In this document: positions 51,308 to 56,298 of the stretch, one piece after another
Position numbering within the stretch: the first letter of the stretch is position 1
Layout: each line of letters opens with the position of its first letter
Assembly: GCA_964428435.1 (NCBI GenBank)
Contig: CAYRYA010000002.1
Span: 43,687-99,984 of the forward strand
Direction: 5' to 3'
DNA length: 56,298 nt
Origin: an uncultured Candidatus Saccharibacteria bacterium
GTDB lineage: Bacteria > Patescibacteriota > Minisyncoccia > Phycocordibacterales > DATDWN01
Translations under genes and position numbers: made by a program
Notes under the pieces: generated by a model
What the model was told of the DNA's origin: nothing
Database searches by the model: none
Seen by the model: the letters and a program-made list of their open reading frames with translations, nothing else

Positions 51308-53350
51308 ATGGAATTCAAAGAATTCTGGAATCAGTACAGCTGGGTAATTCTCGCTGCACTGTTCGTATTGTTTCTGACTCTCTACAAGTGGACCCTCCGG
51401 TTGCTTGGGGTGTATATTATCCCAGACAATTGCATCGGCACCGTCGTCAAAAAGTTTGTGCTTTTCGGTGCGAACAAACAACTGCCCCCGGGCAAGATCG
51501 TCGCTCTCAAGGGCGAGGCCGGCATTCAGGCCGATACGCTTGCCCCCGGTCTACACATTGGCCTCTGGCCGTGGCAGTACGATGTCACCATTGAAGAACA
51601 ATGGGTCGTCGAACCCGGACATGTTTGTGTAATTGAAAGTTGTGATGGTCAACCACTTCCTCCCGGGCGAATCATCGCGCGGCAAGTGAACTGTGACAAC
51701 TTCCAGGATGCGCGTGCATTTTTGGAAGGTGGCGGTGAACGTGGTCCACAGATGGGGCTACTATCACCAGGTACCTGGCGCATAAATACGCTCGTCTTTT
51801 CTGGAACCGATGTGGAAATGACAACTATCGAAGCGGGGGAGATCGGCGTCGTCGAGGCGCGTGACGGAAAGCCGCTTACCGGTGGCCGCATCATCGGCCA
51901 AACCGTCGAGTGCGACTCGTTTCAAGATGCCCGCGCCTTCATCGAAGGTGGCGGCGAACGCGGCCCGCAAATGGCAATCATTCCACAGGGAACCTATCGG
52001 ATCAACACGGTATTGTTCCATGTGGAAAAGGCGAAGGTTACTGACGTGCCCGATGGCAAAATCGGCATCATCACCACCCGTGAAGGTACTCCGCTCAAGA
52101 CTGGCGACATCGCTGGTCCGGAAGTTCCGGGACATAACATGTTCCAGGATCCTATGGCTTTCGTCAAAAATGGCGGAAACAAGGGTCTGCAAGAACAGGT
52201 GCTCCTCAACGGCCGTTACTTCATCAATCCGAAGTTTGCAACCGTCGAATTCGTCGATCAGACGAACGTCCCGATTGCGAATGTCGGTGTCGTGGTGGCG
52301 TATGTTGGACGAGATGGAAAAGATGTCACCGGCGAGAATTTCCGTCACGGCAACCTTGTTGCGACTGGTGAAAAGGGTGTCTGGGTCAACCCGCTTGACC
52401 CGGGCATGTACCCGATCAATCCGCACACCCACAAAGTGAAGATTGTGCCGACGGCGAACGTGGTCCTCAACTGGGCCACCGGGCGCACCGAAAGTCACAA
52501 TCTGGATGCAAAGTTGTCCACGATTACCGTCCGATCCGCGGATGGCTTCTCGTACAACCTCGACGTCTCGCAGATCATCCATATCCCGCGCAACGATGCC
52601 CCTCGGGTCATCGCTCGTTTCGGGAGCATGGAAGCGCTCGTCACTCAGGTGCTCGAGCCGACCATTGGCAACTACTTCCGTAATACGGCGCAGGGTTCAG
52701 ATGTCATCGATTTCCTGACCAAGCGCACCGAGCGGCAGAAAGAAGCAAAAGAGGCCATCGCTCGTGCCCTCGCCGACTACAATGTCGGTGCTGTGGAAAC
52801 CCTCATTGGCGACATCAATCCGCCCGCGGAATTGATGAAGCCTTTGACCGAACGTAAGGTTGCAGAAACGCAAAAGCACACCTTCGAAGTGCAGACCGAA
52901 GCCCAGGCGCAACGCCAGCAGCTCGAACAAGCCAAAGCCCTCGCCGATACGCAGCCCGAAGTCGTGGCTGCGGAACGGAAAGTTGCCATTGCCAAGTTCA
53001 ACGCCGAGTCGGCTGTTGCTGAAGCTAAAGGTCACGCTGAGTCCAAGACCATCAATGCCAAGGCCGACGCCGAAGTGACCCGTGTCACCGGTGACGCCGA
53101 AGCGAGCAAAGTGCTCGTGATTGGTGAGGCTGAGGCAAAGGTCATCAAGCAGAAGATCGAGTCCATGGACGCGGGCAACTATGCTGTCGTCCAGGTCGCT
53201 CAAGCTCTGGCCACGGCTGGGGAAAAGGGGATGAAGATCGTCCCCGACGTCCTCGTCAACGGTGGCAGTGCCACTGGCGGCAATGGTGGCTCGATCGTTG
53301 ATGTCCTGATGGCGAACCTGATTCGGGACAATCTGAAACCACGCAACTAA
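51308..53350 (+). CDS. SPFH/Band-7 (flotillin/YqiK-like) membrane protein with five tandem N-terminal beta-modules; GC-rich, probably foreign
   Basis: 680 aa. An N-terminal TM helix is followed by repeated modules (…DG.PL..GRII….V.CD.FQDARAF.EGGGERGPQ…GT.RINT…), an SPFH core, and an Ala/Glu/Lys-rich flotillin-type coiled coil. Shadow ORFs on the opposite strand are typical of high-GC coding sequence. Confidence 0.85.
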   Translation: MEFKEFWNQYSWVILAALFVLFLTLYKWTLRLLGVYIIPDNCIGTVVKKFVLFGANKQLPPGKIVALKGEAGIQADTLAPGLHIGLWPWQYDVTIEEQWVVEPGHVCVIESCDGQPLPPGRIIARQVNCDNFQDARAFLEGGGERGPQMGLLSPGTWRINTLVFSGTDVEMTTIEAGEIGVVEARDGKPLTGGRIIGQTVECDSFQDARAFIEGGGERGPQMAIIPQGTYRINTVLFHVEKAKVTDVPDGKIGIITTREGTPLKTGDIAGPEVPGHNMFQDPMAFVKNGGNKGLQEQVLLNGRYFINPKFATVEFVDQTNVPIANVGVVVAYVGRDGKDVTGENFRHGNLVATGEKGVWVNPLDPGMYPINPHTHKVKIVPTANVVLNWATGRTESHNLDAKLSTITVRSADGFSYNLDVSQIIHIPRNDAPRVIARFGSMEALVTQVLEPTIGNYFRNTAQGSDVIDFLTKRTERQKEAKEAIARALADYNVGAVETLIGDINPPAELMKPLTERKVAETQKHTFEVQTEAQAQRQQLEQAKALADTQPEVVAAERKVAIAKFNAESAVAEAKGHAESKTINAKADAEVTRVTGDAEASKVLVIGEAEAKVIKQKIESMDAGNYAVVQVAQALATAGEKGMKIVPDVLVNGGSATGGNGGSIVDVLMANLIRDNLKPRN

Positions 53351-53410
53351 AAATTGCTCTCAAAAATTAAAAGTTGTCTTGGTTTGCAGGACAATTTAGT
53401 ACAAATAAGC

Positions 53411-53446
53411 AAAAGCCTCGGGACGGTTGTCCCGAGGCTTTTTTCG
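53411..53446 (+). terminator. Intrinsic terminator of the SPFH gene
   Basis: A 13-bp stem (aaaagcctcggga / tcccgaggctttt) with loop cggttg, followed by a T-run. Confidence 0.8.
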
Positions 53447-53508
53447 TATCTAGAAAGCAACAGAAAAAATCAAAAGTTTTTAAAGTTAAGAATGTGTTTT
53501 TATATTTA

Positions 53509-53537
53509 CTTTGGACTTTACGGACTTGATGGACTTT
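53509..53537. repeat. GGACTTGATGGACTTT repeat (copy 2)
   Basis: ctttggactttacggacttgatggacttt. The 17-mer 53521-53537 is identical to 49681-49697. 53509-53527 matches the reverse complement of 49645-49666 at 18 of 19 positions. Confidence 0.75.
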
Positions 53538-53572
53538 CGACTAAAACTCTAATTTTTTGGTATACTTACCAT

Positions 53573-54859
53573 ATGCGTATTCGTCCCTCGTACAGTCTTT
53601 TTCTGTTAGTGGTTTATTTCCTCTCCGGATTCTTTTTCATCTCACCTGTATTTGCTCAAAACAAAGCAGAAGAGCTTCAAAGTAAAATTGAAGAACGTAA
53701 TAACCAAATCAAGGCACTTGAAGCAGAGATAAATCTATACAATAAAGAAGTAGAGCGAGTGGGAAAGGAAGCAAAAACACTCCAGAATACTATTAAAACC
53801 CTCGATGTTACTCAAAAAAAAGTAACTACGGATTTGACGTTGACCGAACGAAAGATAAGTAAAAGTAGTCTTACGATCGATGAGCTTGGAAGTACTATTA
53901 AAACGACAGCAGAACAGATCGATGCAAATACAGAAGTGATTCGCAACCTTATTAATGAGATATACCAAACAGAAATAGAAACTCCTGTTGAAAATTTTCT
54001 ACAGTATAAAACGTTTACGGATATGTGGAATGGTTTGGATTCGATCAAGCAAGTACAAAAGCAAATCAAAATAAAAACAGAAGATCTGGTTGACCTTAAA
54101 GGTAATCTTGCTGACAAAAAAACTAAAACAGAAGCAGAGAAAGAACGTCTTAAGTTGTTACAAGATAATCTTGAAGATCAAAAAAAAATAGTTGAATACA
54201 ACAAACAAGAAAAAGCAAAAATACTCGCTCAGACAAAAAACACTGAGGCTGCATACAAAACACTGCTCAAACAAAAAGAAGAACAAAAAGCTGCATTTGA
54301 AAAGGAGTTGTTTGCGTATGAGTCACAGTTGCAACTTGAAGTTGATCCGACACGTCTACCGGGTTCTCGACCAGGGATACTTTCATGGCCACTTGATAAG
54401 GTAATTATCACTCAACGATTTGGTAAAACATCAGCATCAAAACGTCTCTATGTGTCTGGTTCACACAATGGTGTAGATTTCGGTGCATCAGTAGGTACTC
54501 CAGTTAAAAGTGTTCTTGAGGGTGTGGTGATAGGAACAGGGAACACTGACTTGGTAAAAGGGTGTTATTCATTTGGAAAATGGGTAATGGTCAAACATCC
54601 AAATGGACTTTCGTCCGTGTATGGGCATCTTTCGATAATTAAAGCAGTTGAGGGGCAGAGTGTGGCAACAGGTGATGTGATTGGTTATAGCGGAAATACA
54701 GGTTACTCTACTGGACCACACCTTCATCTTGGCGTGTATGCGTCTCAGGGTGTGCGTATTGAAAATCATGTGAATAGTCGTGCATGTAAAAGTGCAAAAA
54801 TGCCTATCGCTGATATCAAAGCATATCTCGATCCATTCGAATATCTCCCTGAGCTATAA
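53573..54859 (+). CDS. M23/LytM peptidoglycan endopeptidase with N-terminal coiled coil (EnvC-like)
   Basis: 428 aa from Met74 of the ORF-track entry. It has a signal/TM helix, a long Lys/Glu/Gln coiled coil and a C-terminal LytM domain (SHNGVDFG, GPHLHLGVY). Confidence 0.85.
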   Translation: MRIRPSYSLFLLVVYFLSGFFFISPVFAQNKAEELQSKIEERNNQIKALEAEINLYNKEVERVGKEAKTLQNTIKTLDVTQKKVTTDLTLTERKISKSSLTIDELGSTIKTTAEQIDANTEVIRNLINEIYQTEIETPVENFLQYKTFTDMWNGLDSIKQVQKQIKIKTEDLVDLKGNLADKKTKTEAEKERLKLLQDNLEDQKKIVEYNKQEKAKILAQTKNTEAAYKTLLKQKEEQKAAFEKELFAYESQLQLEVDPTRLPGSRPGILSWPLDKVIITQRFGKTSASKRLYVSGSHNGVDFGASVGTPVKSVLEGVVIGTGNTDLVKGCYSFGKWVMVKHPNGLSSVYGHLSIIKAVEGQSVATGDVIGYSGNTGYSTGPHLHLGVYASQGVRIENHVNSRACKSAKMPIADIKAYLDPFEYLPEL

Positions 54860-54881
54860 TCATCAAATCTCCCAACCCCCT

Positions 54882-54936
54882 ATCCAAGGACTCCCCTTGG
54901 ATGGGGAAGCGGTTCATCCAAGGGGAGTCCTTGGAT
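54882..54936. repeat. Two inverted copies of the TCCAAGGACTCCCCTTGGA palindromic repeat (probable terminator)
   Basis: atccaaggactccccttggat (54882-54902) and its exact reverse complement atccaaggggagtccttggat (54916-54936). Each copy is also a hairpin on its own. Confidence 0.8.
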
Positions 54937-54952
54937 TGATCATTTGGTGTGT

Positions 54953-54982
54953 AAAAAAGGGCGCCCGGTTGTGGGCACCCTT
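54953..54982 (-). terminator. Intrinsic terminator of the STAS gene
   Basis: Stem aagggcgccc / gggcaccctt (9 of 10 pairs). On the minus strand a T6 run follows it. Confidence 0.6.
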
Positions 54983-54998
54983 GATGTCGACAGTGCGG

Positions 54999-55340
54999 TC
55001 ATGTGAAGCTTGCAAGCGCATTGTCGCGGTTATCAAACAAGAGCTTTTGTGGAATGCCATTCGTTTGAAACGAATGTCTTACGAAGCGTTTTGTGTTGTA
55101 AAACGCAATCTTGATTCCACTTATTTGTTTTATATACTCCGCGATTTTGTTTGCGGAGGTGTTGTCGACGGTATGGACTTTATCCATATCAATCAAAATT
55201 GAGCGTCCTCCTTCATGTAGCTCCTTGATTGTGTTACAAAGACGTGTGCAGATAAGATCATTTTTTTCCCAGTTCTCTCCTGGTCCGTAAAACAGGATTT
55301 CGACAACCGTTTGTCCTATGTCTCTTACGCTAAGTAGCAT
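54999..55340 (-). CDS. STAS-domain protein (anti-sigma-factor antagonist / SpoIIAA-like)
   Basis: 113 aa from the Met preceded by the SD AGGAGG. The pattern ILIDMDKVHTVDNTSANKI...GIKIAFYNTKRFVRHSFQTNGI matches the STAS beta-alpha layout. Confidence 0.55.
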   Translation of the reverse strand: MLLSVRDIGQTVVEILFYGPGENWEKNDLICTRLCNTIKELHEGGRSILIDMDKVHTVDNTSANKIAEYIKQISGIKIAFYNTKRFVRHSFQTNGIPQKLLFDNRDNALASFT

Positions 55341-55386
55341 ATACCTCCTATATATTAAAAAACATTTTTTCAATTTTTTGTCAAAC

Positions 55387-55409
55387 AAAAACGCCGGGGG
55401 TGCCGGCGT
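55387..55409 (-). terminator. Intrinsic terminator
   Basis: A 7-bp GC stem (acgccgg / ccggcgt) with a 5-nt loop, followed by a T-run on the minus strand. Confidence 0.6.
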
Positions 55410-55425
55410 CTAAGGTAAATCTTCT

Positions 55426-55692
55426 TTAGGCTCGAGTGTGTGCGAGCCCGGGGTGCATCTGTCCTGTCTGTTGAAAGTGTAACAGGTGTAACGCACCGGT
55501 TGTGATATCGTGAAGTCGGTGCCCCACAACATTCAGAGTGTCATCGTCGACATCTGTGATCTGTTTCGCAAGAATCTCAGGACATCTTCTCTCAAAAATC
55601 TCGAGAATTTTTTCTGAATCAAGTGATACGTACGGGTGTGCTGCCCGTACGACATCTTCTACATATCGCTTTGCCCACTCATGCATAACCAT
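55426..55692 (-). CDS. Hypothetical protein (88 aa)
   Basis: An ORF with an ATG start, followed by its own terminator. No motif recognised. Confidence 0.45.
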   Translation of the reverse strand: MVMHEWAKRYVEDVVRAAHPYVSLDSEKILEIFERRCPEILAKQITDVDDDTLNVVGHRLHDITTGALHLLHFQQTGQMHPGLAHTRA

Positions 55693-55762
55693 GCTTCGTC
55701 CGCCTCCATGTAAAAAGTATAATAAAGATTTGTTTTAGTCAAGGATTCTAAATAGAGACATA

Positions 55763-55993
55763 ATGTTGTATAGTAAGTACATGAATAACATCTCTTCTGT
55801 ATCACAAAATGGTTTTATTGCTACGTTTGTGTTGGTGATCATCGCACTGCTCACACTTCAGTTTGCATTTCATATTGATGTGTTGTCGATTCTCAAGTCT
55901 CCACCAATGCTCACTATCTCGTATGCAATTATTAAATACGCGTTGATTGCATGGGATGGTATTGTAAACCTCTATCACTTTATCTTTTCGTAA
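55763..55993 (+). CDS. Small membrane protein (76 aa)
   Basis: Two hydrophobic helices (FIATFVLVIIALLTLQFAF, ISYAIIKYALIAW). The next ORF starts 4 nt after its stop. Confidence 0.45.
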   Translation: MLYSKYMNNISSVSQNGFIATFVLVIIALLTLQFAFHIDVLSILKSPPMLTISYAIIKYALIAWDGIVNLYHFIFS

Positions 55994-55996
55994 TCT

Positions 55997-56298
55997 ATGA
56001 ACTGGGACAAGAAATTTACACAATGGGTTGGCTCAAAATCTTCTGTAGTCGCTCATACAGTCTTTTTCATTGCAATGTTTGCATTGTATTTTTTTGGTGT
56101 GGCCTTTGATACGATATTGCTTGTACTCACTACACTTGTATCACTTGAAGCTATCTACCTCGCTATTTTCATTCAAATGACGGTCAACCAAAACACACAA
56201 AGTCTCGAAGAGGTTGAAGGAGATATTGAAGAGATTAAAGAAGACGTGGATGAAATCCAGGAAGATGTCGAAGGTATTGAAAAAGATATTGATGTGAT
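55997..56298 (+). CDS. Membrane protein with acidic coiled-coil tail (DUF1003-like), truncated by the right edge
   Basis: The ATG at 55997 opens MNWDKKFTQWVGSKSSVVAHTVFFIAMFALYFFGVAFDTILLVLTTLVSLEAIYLAIFIQMTVNQ...EEVEGDIEEIKEDVDEIQEDVEG. The reading frame stays open to the end of the window. Confidence 0.5.
   Translation, partial: MNWDKKFTQWVGSKSSVVAHTVFFIAMFALYFFGVAFDTILLVLTTLVSLEAIYLAIFIQMTVNQNTQSLEEVEGDIEEIKEDVDEIQEDVEGIEKDIDV

Noticed and set aside
51764-52582. 272-aa minus-strand ORF, plus several 60-190-aa ORFs on both strands between 51388 and 53203.
   Set aside because: They overlap the SPFH gene completely and have Arg/Ser/Pro-rich low-complexity translations. These are the shadow ORFs expected in GC-rich coding DNA.

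Overview
No similarity search or RNA-family scan could be run. All calls rest on reading the sequence, the ORF track and remembered family motifs.

This is an AT-rich, tightly packed bacterial chromosome segment that uses the standard genetic code: TAA, TAG and TGA all act as stops, and Trp is TGG. Several traits fit a small-genome Patescibacteria/CPR-like organism, which is an inference only:
- short spacers and many overlapping start/stop junctions
- an archaeal-type short AspRS
- DUF377/GH130 proteins
- a MacAB-like efflux set
- a partial cell-wall block of dacA-like, asnB, mraY, ftsW and murG

The housekeeping backbone is recR' (truncated at the window edge), dnaB, cysS, a corA-like gene, ctp, rplI, rpmA, trhO, trpS, aspS, scpAB, gltX and an M23 peptidase.

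Accessory material sits between these genes:
1. A decay zone of three broken genes (13.4-14.8 kb).
2. A translationally coupled six-gene operon (14.8-20.7 kb) that mixes HAD, histidine-phosphatase, a possible CYTH-like domain and tandem Nudix phosphohydrolases with a methyltransferase and two glycosyltransferases. An acyltransferase, an unknown 536-aa protein and an orphan histidine kinase follow it.
3. Two fused ABC exporters. One is preceded by a promoter, a 33-codon ORF and a terminator, which together look like an attenuator.
4. A roughly 375-nt ORF-less unit on the minus strand with a consensus promoter and an intrinsic terminator (candidate ncRNA).
5. Two orphan genes with visibly higher GC (28.5-29.8 kb on the plus strand, 39.6-40.5 kb on the minus strand), each with a near-consensus promoter and a long structured leader.
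6. A mannoside-type cluster: cupin, membrane-anchored GH130, tandem GH130 and a HAD-IIB protein.
7. A strikingly GC-rich SPFH/flotillin-like gene with five tandem N-terminal modules (51.3-53.35 kb), probably acquired horizontally.
8. At least five families of short intergenic repeats or palindromes that recur across the window.

I found no tRNA, rRNA, CRISPR array, transposase or integrase.
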